This document shows, piece by piece, positions 10,271-17,545 of a DNA stretch of 64,000 bases. Source of the DNA: a bacterium CG10_46_32 (GTDB lineage Bacteria; Patescibacteriota; Patescibacteriia; UBA2169); contig MOEI01000012.1 of the NCBI GenBank assembly GCA_001889965.1, forward strand, positions 1,170-65,169, given 5' to 3'. Numbering within the stretch: position 1 is the first letter of the stretch; each line of letters begins with the position of its first letter. Made by a program: the position numbers and the translations under genes. The notes under the pieces are model-generated. The model searched no databases. It saw only the letters and a program-made list of their open reading frames with translations, and was not told where the DNA came from.

Positions 10271-10302
10271 AAAAAAGCCCTTCGCCAAAAACTGACGAAG
10301 GG
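10271..10302 (-). terminator. Intrinsic terminator (minus strand)
   Basis: gcccttcg...cgaaggg hairpin; the A-run on plus corresponds to a U-run on the minus-strand transcript. Confidence 0.4.
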
Positions 10303-10439
10303 ATGAACAGCAATAGTTCAGTACTTTCTACTGCTGATTATAAGAAAACCAATTACCTCCTCTCTATGGAGAATCGGCACAATACTGCTTGACCACGCAC
10401 CTTCCAGAGTCATAGTATCGTAAGCTCTTTTTTCAGCTT

Positions 10440-10667
10440 TGCGGTATAAATAGCTGGACCAGACATTTCTGTCTCCTTTTGCTTAAGGTGAATTACCGCA
10501 GTTGATACTTCACAAACCTCCCCTTCTCCCCCAATCTGCTCTATCTTGCCTTCTTGTTCCAATTCATCTAAATACCTTGTAGCACTCGCGTCCGAAACAT
10601 TGAGTAGATTTTCTATGTCGTTGTTTGTGGCCTCGGTATTTTCTTTGAGATATACATGGTTGGCATA
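10440..10667 (-). pseudogene. Disrupted paralogue of the small wHTH ORF
   Basis: DNA and protein similarity to 8934-9080 (…ATRYLDELEQEGK…GEGEVCEVS…). A 29-nt insertion after the ATGCCA start shifts the frame into an early stop. Confidence 0.4.
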
Positions 10668-10678
10668 TTTTTATGTTA

Positions 10679-11179
10679 TTAATCTTTTAAATACATCTTT
10701 TCCGAGAGCTCTTTTATATAATCCGCACGCATTACTTCCGATTTCCATGTTTCGGGTATACCATTGTACCCATAGTAACACCCGGATAATGCTCCGGCAA
10801 CTGCCGCAAACGTATCTGTATCCCCGCCCAATGTAATAACTTTTTTTATGCTGTCATAAAAAGTATCAGTAATCATTAAAGACCACAACGCGATCCGTAA
10901 TATATCAATGCAATACCCGGACACCGGAATACTATCCTTATTCAGCTTACTGTAATCTTCCACTAACACTCCCGCAACCTGTTCCGGCATATCTGAATAT
11001 ATACTAGACTTGTGGCCCGTGTTTAAGATGATAGCTAAGAGTTCCGCGTTGCGCAAAACATCCGGCCCCTCGCGCATGAGCCGCTCGCGCGGCCAGTCTT
11101 CCGTGGTCGGCTTGGATATGTCGTACCCTTTTTGTTGTGTTCCCTCCATATATGTTAATCGTACCTGCTGCATCAACAA
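10679..11179 (-). CDS. Chimeric ORF: RadC-like N-terminal segment joined to an ADP-ribosylglycohydrolase C-terminal segment
   Basis: N-terminus PRERLMREGPDVLRNAELLAIILNTGHK matches the RadC/UPF0758 HhH motif. C-terminus LGGDTDTFAAVAGALSGCYYGYNGIPETW matches the ARH (DraG-like) C-terminal signature. 166 aa is too short for either family. Confidence 0.5.
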   Translation of the reverse strand: MLMQQVRLTYMEGTQQKGYDISKPTTEDWPRERLMREGPDVLRNAELLAIILNTGHKSSIYSDMPEQVAGVLVEDYSKLNKDSIPVSGYCIDILRIALWSLMITDTFYDSIKKVITLGGDTDTFAAVAGALSGCYYGYNGIPETWKSEVMRADYIKELSEKMYLKD

Positions 11180-11185
11180 ATTTCA

Positions 11186-11211
11186 ATGGCTCAACCGCCT
11201 GAGCCATTGAA
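11186..11211. repeat. 26-bp perfect palindromic repeat (tcaatggctca-accgcc-tgagccattga), copy 2
   Basis: Perfect palindrome; same family as 8933-8958. Confidence 0.6.
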
Positions 11212-11253
11212 ATCACACATCACAATCTCGCCCCCCCATCCTCCAGTACAAAT

Positions 11254-11278
11254 AAAAAAAGCCCTTGCGGGCTTTTTT
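11254..11278. terminator. Bidirectional intrinsic terminator
   Basis: aaaaaaagcccttgcgggctttttt; lies after the csp gene (minus strand). Confidence 0.6.
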
Positions 11279-11297
11279 ATAGTATCAGTATCAAAGC

Positions 11298-11501
11298 TTA
11301 CGCTTTGCTTACTTTTACTGCGTTAGGACCTTTTGCGCCATCCTCAACTTCAAATGTCACGGAATCGCCCTCATGAAGTGAAGCGAAGTCAACATCTACC
11401 AGTTCGTTTGCATGAAAGAAAAGATCTTTTGCTTCTCCATCACGCTTGATGAAACCGAAATTTTTATCGGATACCAACTTAGTGATTATGCCTGTTTGCA
11501 T
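11298..11501 (-). CDS. Cold-shock protein (CspA family)
   Basis: MQTGIITKLVSDKNFGFIKRDG...FFHANE with RNP1/RNP2 motifs; start taken at the internal Met of the longer ORF. Confidence 0.85.
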   Translation of the reverse strand: MQTGIITKLVSDKNFGFIKRDGEAKDLFFHANELVDVDFASLHEGDSVTFEVEDGAKGPNAVKVSKA

Positions 11502-11655
11502 GTGATTAGTGTTTAATTGAATAATGTTGCAGTTGCTATGCAACCGCTCTCAAAATCTTTCCAAGATTATCTCGACTAAGAAGTCTAAAAAAATATTTGA
11601 TACAGAGAGAATATTACATTAAGGTATTTTTGTCAATAGAAAAAGAAAATTCCTA

Positions 11656-12906
11656 TTAACTCCCCCCCACCTCCCTAAAAACCAAATCCATCTCCCCCAC
11701 CTCCGGATCTACCATAAAAGCTCTACGCGAGAATCCAGTCAAATTCAAAGTAGCGAGCGAACGCACACGAGAAAGCGCAACATATCCCATGCCATGGCCA
11801 AAGGTATTACCCAAATTAATCTCTGCAGTGTCTAATGTCATGCCCTGCGATTTATGAATGGTAATTGCCCAGGCTAACCTAAGAGGCACTTGGAATATAG
11901 AGGCAATAACAGAACTATCATGTTCCAAAGACCAGCTAGAAAACCCAACACTAATTCGCCTGCCGCTTTTTAATCTAACAACAGGGAGCAGTACACCTGC
12001 ATCATCATAAAAATCTACCACAACTCCCATGGTGCCGTTTACATAGCCATGTTCAAAATTATTTTTAGTAAACATCACCACAGCGCCAATCTTTAGCACT
12101 AACTCCTGTGGAATTTTGTTATACTCTTTTTTAAGTTGCAGAACCGCATCCCGCTTACCTTTGGAACGCATAGGATACACCTCTGCGTCTTGTTCTAGCT
12201 TTTCTAGCTCAAGCTCATTTACTGCATCTGCATCTTTGTTACGCGAAAATAATTTGGTTGTGTAGTTCTCTCCAGAAACAGGTTGCTTAAATCGCGATTG
12301 CAAAATCTCTTCTGTTTCGTAAGATGTTTTGCTCTGACGAATATCATTGAGTACTTGAGAGAATAAATCATCAGTATGCCTAAACTGCTCATCTAAATAA
12401 CAAACCCGCAGTTTTGCTTTGTTCCAGGATTCAGAGTGATACGCCAAAATCGGTTTTGTTTTATCGGTGCGAACCGGTGGCAGCTGAAAAAAATCACCGC
12501 ACAGAACAACTTGCAAACCACCAAAAGGTTGCGCGCTCCGCTTGACTGCTTTACATACCTCATCAACCAACTCTAAGGTACGCGCATCAACCATAGAAAT
12601 CTCATCAATAATCAAAACAGCGCATGCCAAAAACCTAGCTTGCATATGTTTGTTATCAGCAAGCTTTTGCAAATCACGGCCAGAGAGCTCCTCTTTTATA
12701 CCAATACCAGCCCACGAATGGAGGGTGGTGCCATCAATATGTGTTGCAGCAATACCCGTAGAGGCAGTTACTGCGTGCTTTTTGTTATTCTTTTTAAGGT
12801 ATTCAATAAACTCACGCAAAATATATGTCTTACCACTGCCGGCTGGGCCAGTGAGAAAAACATTGTTGCCTGATTTGAGTATGTTGAGCGCTTTTTTTTG
12901 GTCCAT
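11656..12906 (-). CDS. PIF1/RecD-like 5'-3' DNA helicase
   Basis: Walker A TGPAGSGKT, DEISMV Walker B, C-terminal ITIHKSQGMTLD motif of the RecD/Pif1/TraA family; start taken at the internal MDQKK. Confidence 0.8.
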   Translation of the reverse strand: MDQKKALNILKSGNNVFLTGPAGSGKTYILREFIEYLKKNNKKHAVTASTGIAATHIDGTTLHSWAGIGIKEELSGRDLQKLADNKHMQARFLACAVLIIDEISMVDARTLELVDEVCKAVKRSAQPFGGLQVVLCGDFFQLPPVRTDKTKPILAYHSESWNKAKLRVCYLDEQFRHTDDLFSQVLNDIRQSKTSYETEEILQSRFKQPVSGENYTTKLFSRNKDADAVNELELEKLEQDAEVYPMRSKGKRDAVLQLKKEYNKIPQELVLKIGAVVMFTKNNFEHGYVNGTMGVVVDFYDDAGVLLPVVRLKSGRRISVGFSSWSLEHDSSVIASIFQVPLRLAWAITIHKSQGMTLDTAEINLGNTFGHGMGYVALSRVRSLATLNLTGFSRRAFMVDPEVGEMDLVFREVGGS

Positions 12907-12980
12907 GTGTATGTACGGTACGTTACTTACATTAAAAGAGCAATACAAAAAAACAACAGGCTACTTGAGTGAACCGTTGC

Positions 12981-13232
12981 CTAATACACTCCCTGCCGAT
13001 GCCCAAACTCAATCACCACAACCAATAGCTCGTTCTTATAAATCTTGTATACAATCCGGTATGGCCATACCCGAAAAGAATATTGCCCCTCGCGTTTTCC
13101 GTGAAGTTTTTTGCCCAAAAAAGGATTGGCTTCAATCTCGCCAAGAATTTGCAATACACGCATCTGGTACTGCTTTGGCAGTTTATGTATGTTTTTTTGC
13201 GCCCTTGGTTCTACGCGCAGTTTGAACACCAT
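12981..13232 (-). CDS. RelE/ParE-family toxin
   Basis: 83-aa ORF MVFKLRVEPRAQKNIHKL... typical of RelE/ParE; downstream of a Phd/YefM gene. Confidence 0.65.
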   Translation of the reverse strand: MVFKLRVEPRAQKNIHKLPKQYQMRVLQILGEIEANPFLGKKLHGKREGQYSFRVWPYRIVYKIYKNELLVVVIEFGHRQGVY

Positions 13233-13545
13233 ATTTTTTTGCAGATTTATCGGCTACAACAAAACCAAAATCTTTTTTAAGATCATCAAGCGTTGCCCAT
13301 TTTTTATACTCACCGCTTTTAACAGCCTTGTCAGTTTCGGCAACATGTTTATCTAAGTCTGGAAAATCTCGCAGCACCTCCAATGTTTCCGCCCAAGACT
13401 CAAATTCTTCGGCGGACATTAACACCGCCTTAGGACGGCCGTTTTCCGTGAGTGTGTAGTACCTACCCGGTTTTTGCACGTCACGAGTGATGGTAAAAAT
13501 ATCTTTACGCGCCTGGGTTGTAGAGATAGTATGTTGAGTATTCAT
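13183..13545 (-). CDS. Phd/YefM-family antitoxin
   Basis: ISTTQARKDIFTITRDVQKPGRYYTLTENGRPKAVLMSAEEFESWAETLEVL matches the Phd/YefM core. The 3' end overlaps the toxin start by 50 nt in another frame, so the true C-terminus is uncertain. Confidence 0.75.
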   Translation of the reverse strand: MNTQHTISTTQARKDIFTITRDVQKPGRYYTLTENGRPKAVLMSAEEFESWAETLEVLRDFPDLDKHVAETDKAVKSGEYKKWATLDDLKKDFGFVVADKSAKKYGVQTARRTKGAKKHT

Positions 13546-13629
13546 ATATGTACATTATAGCGTACATTACAAAAAACACAAGATCTGCGCATGGATAGCG
13601 TATCCCCAGCTGCTCAATCGACTGAGCCG

Positions 13630-13905
13630 TTAAAGCTTTACATCAATCGCGCCCTCTGCGCCTTCCCCTATCTTGGCATCGCGAAACTCATAGTCTGCAT
13701 CGCGGAGCAAGGCGCGCACCGCATCACCTAGAACCGGGCCTTCTTTAGAATGGATACCGCGGCCCACGATAATGCGGACTAGGTTGTATCCCGCGTGTTC
13801 GCTCTCGCTTAAAAAAGCACGCACAGCAGCGCGCGCTTGATGTTGAGTGTGCTGATGCAGATCCAAAGTTGCCTGCGGTGTTTGGGCGTATTTGTTCATA
13901 CCCAA
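13630..13905 (-). CDS. Smr-domain protein
   Basis: TLDLHQHTQHQARAAVRAFL...RIIVGRGIHS Smr (small MutS-related) domain. Its first ~70 nt recur at 14690-14790 and 16195-16270. Confidence 0.7.
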   Translation of the reverse strand: MGMNKYAQTPQATLDLHQHTQHQARAAVRAFLSESEHAGYNLVRIIVGRGIHSKEGPVLGDAVRALLRDADYEFRDAKIGEGAEGAIDVKL

Positions 13906-14009
13906 ACTGTACGCTTCTCATTACTAAAAATCAACACAAGTCAGCCGCTATTCCAAATTAACCCATAAACTTAGAATAGTATTCCACTTTATGCAAAGTT
14001 AGGACATAA

Positions 14010-14040
14010 ATCTTGAATATAAAAACAACCGGATTAACCA
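14010..14040. terminator. Weak bidirectional hairpin terminator
   Basis: aaaaacaaccgg-atta-accagctgttttt imperfect stem with flanking A-run and T-run. Confidence 0.3.
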
Positions 14041-14082
14041 GCTGTTTTTATACTTCTTTAAAACGTACAATAAAGACGAAAT

Positions 14083-14346
14083 TTAGCACGCGGCAAAATC
14101 GTGCAAACGCCATGTGCTCCCTTTTTTCCTTGCTTCTACAACCCTGCCTCTTTGTGGATTAATATTTTCGGCAAGAGCGCGGCTTTCCTTATTGAAAGCT
14201 TCGTCGCCTTCTACGGTAATAATAACCCATCCCTTATTTGGAATTCTATTCATCAAATCAGGCTTCCTAATAATATATCTATCAAACTCATTAGACAGTT
14301 TGATATTCTTTTTTATAAATGTTTTAGACATACTGTTACGTTGCAT
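14083..14346 (-). CDS. Hypothetical protein (87 aa)
   Basis: ORF overlapping the upstream ORF by 11 nt; no recognised motif. Confidence 0.4.
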   Translation of the reverse strand: MQRNSMSKTFIKKNIKLSNEFDRYIIRKPDLMNRIPNKGWVIITVEGDEAFNKESRALAENINPQRGRVVEARKKGSTWRLHDFAAC

Positions 14347-14641
14347 ATAAATAATTTTCTTTTATTTTTTCGTAGCGCTGTGCAATATCACTCTTCATAC
14401 TGTCGAAAGCTGATTGACTATCCATATATATAGGAAATTTATATTCTTTCCCATTTTTATGATACACATGCTTATGCGGGGTTCCATACCAATTGTCTAC
14501 CCCAAGCACTGTCCTCCATCTGGATTGTATGAGGGCACGATACCGGATCGAAAATTGAACCAACTTGCCTCCCTTGGTCTCAAAGCTTATATGTAAAACA
14601 TCTATATCAGTCAAAGGATACTTATACTCTTTCTTAGGCAT
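14336..14641 (-). CDS. Hypothetical protein (101 aa)
   Basis: ORF immediately downstream of a truncated Smr N-terminal fragment; no recognised motif. Confidence 0.4.
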   Translation of the reverse strand: MPKKEYKYPLTDIDVLHISFETKGGKLVQFSIRYRALIQSRWRTVLGVDNWYGTPHKHVYHKNGKEYKFPIYMDSQSAFDSMKSDIAQRYEKIKENYLYAT

Positions 14642-14642
14642 C

Positions 14643-14762
14643 TTACTTTATTATCTATAGTATACAACAAAAATCTATATCATACAAATACGCGTTCGCT
14701 CCCACTCAAAAACGCGCGCACTGCGGCGCGCGCTTGATGTTGAGTGTGTTGGTGCAGATCCA
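14643..14762 (-). pseudogene. Truncated copy of the Smr gene 5' end (about 40 codons)
   Basis: Minus strand reads MYAQQVQTPQATLDLHQHTQHQARAAVRAFLSGSERVFV*, a near copy of the N-terminus of 13630-13905; DNA about 90% identical over 70 nt. Confidence 0.45.
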
Positions 14763-14908
14763 ATGTTGCCTGCGGTGTTTGCACTTGTTGGGCATACATT
14801 AGATGATGAGGAGAGCGGGTGAATTAAAACTTTGTGAAACCACTAAACACGGAATAACTCTCAATAAAGTACAATAAACAAATACCGGTGTTGCGTCAAC
14901 CATCTTCT

Positions 14909-15616
14909 TTATAAAAAACCGAACACTAGCATCATAATATTCAGAGCCAACAACACAAACACGATAACCCACATTGCTGCCAGAAAAAATTTATTCCAAA
15001 CCACTTTTTTTCTACGTAAAAACAAAAATATCAAATACCAAATTTCAAAAATAGATAGAGCGACAATACTGAATGCTGTTGAAAATTTTGCGATATAAAA
15101 CGAAGCGTCGTCGAACAACGCCATCATATAGCCCAGTCTTCGCGGAAACGCCAGACCGTCAAAAAGCATAATTACCGCAAATGATATAAGCAGTATCAAG
15201 GTAAGCCTCCGCCCGGAGTGACGATGTAGTTTCTGTATTCCGTTTTTAATAATTTCGCTTTTTCTTTTTTTCCTAAATTTTCTAATGACAATCGTTACAA
15301 CACAAGACAGCAGATACAAGTAGATAATCTCTATCGCCGCCATAATCCCAATCATCACACTCATCGGCCAGTCTAAATCGCCAAATACCATTTGCGGCAT
15401 GAGATAAATGAAATATGACGGAATAACTAATACCAGTCCTAGTACGCCAGCAATAAACGACGCAAAAGATACAGTGTCACAACCCAAGCTCATTATACAG
15501 CCGAACATAACCCCCATGATCAAAAAAATCGTTAGCGCGACCAAAACAACCAAAACTGCCATGACAATCAACTTCATCCGGGAAGGTTTAATAAATTTTA
15601 GTATTTTATCTTTCAT
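14909..15616 (-). CDS. Polytopic membrane protein (235 aa), last gene of the cassette array
   Basis: About 7 predicted hydrophobic helices; no recognised motif. Confidence 0.55.
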   Translation of the reverse strand: MKDKILKFIKPSRMKLIVMAVLVVLVALTIFLIMGVMFGCIMSLGCDTVSFASFIAGVLGLVLVIPSYFIYLMPQMVFGDLDWPMSVMIGIMAAIEIIYLYLLSCVVTIVIRKFRKKRKSEIIKNGIQKLHRHSGRRLTLILLISFAVIMLFDGLAFPRRLGYMMALFDDASFYIAKFSTAFSIVALSIFEIWYLIFLFLRRKKVVWNKFFLAAMWVIVFVLLALNIMMLVFGFL

Positions 15617-15672
15617 TTTGAGTTAATGGAAATTCTGCGCCGCTTTTTAAAGCATCTTTTACATGTCTTGGT

Positions 15673-15987
15673 CTACAGCCCTGTATAGTTGCTCCAAAGA
15701 GAGAAAACTAGCAATGAATATAAAGAGTAAATTACTAATCCCAATCCTACAAGTATGAATATAGTTGATAATATCCTATTATGCTTAACTTTATATCGAA
15801 AACCTTGAATACCGCCTACAAATAAATAAACTCCAACCAAAATAGACAGAACAACAATAACATTAATAACAACTCCATTATCAGATACAAAATTTCTATC
15901 CTGAAAAATAAAAACAATCAATCGCGGTACAATAACAAACAAAAACAGTACTAATAAAATAGTATTTCTTTTAAATAAATTTCTCAT
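15673..15987 (-). CDS. Small 3-TM membrane protein, cassette paralogue (ends ...SNYTGL)
   Basis: 104 aa; paralogous to 16302-16592 and 17237-17533 in size, hydropathy and C-terminal x(F/Y)TG(L/F) motif. Confidence 0.55.
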   Translation of the reverse strand: MRNLFKRNTILLVLFLFVIVPRLIVFIFQDRNFVSDNGVVINVIVVLSILVGVYLFVGGIQGFRYKVKHNRILSTIFILVGLGLVIYSLYSLLVFSLWSNYTGL

Positions 15988-16117
15988 ATGGTTCTATTTT
16001 TTAATAAACAAAACTTCTTAAAATATTCCAATCCAATGTAGAGTCGGGTAATCTGCCATAAACTTTGATAAAGCTGATTATACCCCGCTGTTCTGCGGAC
16101 ATATCTCTCACAGACGG

Positions 16118-16206
16118 CCGCAAGCCATATGCAATCATCATAACAGATTGATCGTTTTCTGCACCTGTGCTCTTTGCCTTTTGCTCGGCCTGCGCACTGC
16201 GGCGCG
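16118..16206. repeat. ~90-bp near-identical direct repeat, copy 1 (copy 2 at 16726-16810)
   Basis: Shared block gccgcaagccatatgcaatcatcataacagattgatcgttttctgcacctgtgctctttgccttttgctcggcctgcgcactgcg. Confidence 0.8.
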
Positions 16207-16270
16207 CGCTTGGTGTTGAGTGTGTTGATGCAGATCCAATGTTGCCTGCGGAGTTTGGGCGTATTTGTTG
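16195..16270 (-). repeat. Third copy of the Smr 5' gene fragment, embedded in the cassette array
   Basis: Minus strand encodes ...NKYAQTPQATLDLHQHTQHQARAAV with no start codon; DNA matches 13835-13905 and 14700-14790. Confidence 0.5.
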
Positions 16271-16301
16271 AGTATCAGGAAAGCTGGTCAAAAGATGAGG
16301 A

Positions 16302-16592
16302 TTAAAAACCCGTAAAGCCACTAAAAGCGAAGTAACCTAAAATAAAATAAATGAGAATGAGTGCAGGGGGAATGATAAATACTATTGAAACTTTTTGAGC
16401 ACTGTCTTTTAGTCGTATAGAAAATTTAACATTCATATAAACAAGATATACTGCCCCTAACAGCATAAAATAAATCAATGAATTTACATGTTTATCTGGC
16501 ATGCCTGGCTGATAAAAATTCTCATAAATAAACCAAGGTGACACAAGAAATATTATTATTAAAATAATATTTTTATAAACTAGTTTTTTCAT
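16302..16592 (-). CDS. Small 3-TM membrane protein, cassette paralogue (ends ...SGFTGF)
   Basis: 96 aa; paralogue of 15673-15987 and 17237-17533. Confidence 0.55.
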   Translation of the reverse strand: MKKLVYKNIILIIIFLVSPWFIYENFYQPGMPDKHVNSLIYFMLLGAVYLVYMNVKFSIRLKDSAQKVSIVFIIPPALILIYFILGYFAFSGFTGF

Positions 16593-16610
16593 ATTTTTTA
16601 TTATATTCTT

Positions 16611-17063
16611 TTAATAAACAAAACTTCTTAAAATATTCCAATCGAATGTAAAGCTTGGTAATCTACCATAGGTTCTAACGAAATTCACGAGTCCTTTTTG
16701 CTCCAACCCCATATCTCGCTTTAGCGGCCGCAAGCCATATGCAATCATCATAACAGATTGATCGTTTTCTGCACCTGTGCTCTTTGCCTTTTGCTCGGCC
16801 TGCGCACTGCGCTGACTTGGTAGATTGTTGGTGGAAATTTGTATCACATCACTCCAATCAACAGTGCTTGTAGGTAATCTGCCGAACGCCTCCTTAAATG
16901 AGTACAATACTCCAGCGCGCTCGCCTTGTCCTAAAGCCTGCGTACTCTTGGTGCCATAGGCAATAAACGCTATTGCTCCCCGATCAAACGAGAGCCCTTT
17001 ACCATAACGCTCTGCTACTGCTTGCTCTAAAGCGCTGTCCCTCGCTCTATCTAAATACGCCAT
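16611..17063 (-). CDS. C-terminal-module protein (units A+B, 150 aa, no signal peptide)
   Basis: Contains both repeat units found at the C-terminus of the 1237-aa protein (…IAYGTKSTQALGQGERAGVLYSFKEAFGRLPTSTVDW… and …IAYGLRPLKRDMGLEQKGLVNFVRTYGRLPSFTFDWNILRSFVY). Confidence 0.55.
   Translation of the reverse strand: MAYLDRARDSALEQAVAERYGKGLSFDRGAIAFIAYGTKSTQALGQGERAGVLYSFKEAFGRLPTSTVDWSDVIQISTNNLPSQRSAQAEQKAKSTGAENDQSVMMIAYGLRPLKRDMGLEQKGLVNFVRTYGRLPSFTFDWNILRSFVY
16726..16810. repeat. ~90-bp direct repeat, copy 2
   Basis: See 16118-16206. Confidence 0.8.
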
Positions 17064-17159
17064 GAATGTTTCGATATCTGCATTGGCAAGCGCGGATAAA
17101 ATTTCATCTTCTCTATGGATGCTTGCTGAATACGGGTTAAACGACGTAAATGGAATTAG

Positions 17160-17215
17160 AAATCAGTAAAACCACTAAAAGCGAAGTATCCTAAAATAAA
17201 ATAAATGAGAATTAA
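17160..17215 (-). pseudogene. Remnant 3' end of a small-membrane-protein gene (…LILIYFILGYFAFSGFTDF)
   Basis: DNA nearly identical to the 3' end of 16302-16592 (16310-16365) but with no upstream ORF; a recombination scar. Confidence 0.45.
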
Positions 17216-17236
17216 CACAGTAGGAATAATGTTGAA

Positions 17237-17533
17237 TTAGAGACCAGTAAAATTACTCAAAGCATAAATCATAACTAAAGCGTAAAGTGCGTACAACACC
17301 AACCCAAGACCCATAATAAAAAAAATAATTCGGCTCGTATTGCTCTCGAAATCAAAACGCTTTGCATTGATACGTACTAAATAAATTCCCGCCACCAGAA
17401 CAATAATAATCAAACCATATATAATTTTACTCCTAAGTTGAAAATCAAATATTCCAAATATGTACTTGTTAGCTAGATAAAGTACCACAACGAATAAGAC
17501 CGCGATTAAATTTTTATGTATCTTTTTTATCAT
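17237..17533 (-). CDS. Small 3-TM membrane protein, cassette paralogue (ends ...SNFTGL), cognate to the large protein
   Basis: 98 aa; starts 13 nt after the stop of the 1237-aa gene. Confidence 0.6.
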   Translation of the reverse strand: MIKKIHKNLIAVLFVVVLYLANKYIFGIFDFQLRSKIIYGLIIIVLVAGIYLVRINAKRFDFESNTSRIIFFIMGLGLVLYALYALVMIYALSNFTGL

Positions 17534-17545
17534 AATCCAACTTAC

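Larger units (their letters stand above)
16001..16321 (-). pseudogene. Orphan C-terminal module (unit B only) fused to out-of-frame junk from an Smr 5' fragment
   Basis: The C-terminal 60 aa (...AYGLRPSVRDMSAEQRGIISFIKVYGRLPDSTLDWNILRSFVY) are a near copy of the C-terminus of 16611-17063. The N-terminal 45 aa are the reverse-frame translation of the repeated Smr 5' fragment; no plausible start or signal peptide. Confidence 0.45.

Noticed and set aside
11221-11240. C7 run at 11232-11238 as another phase-variation tract
   Set aside because: Only 7 nt, intergenic next to a terminator, not associated with a gene start; below the length where slippage is usually significant.
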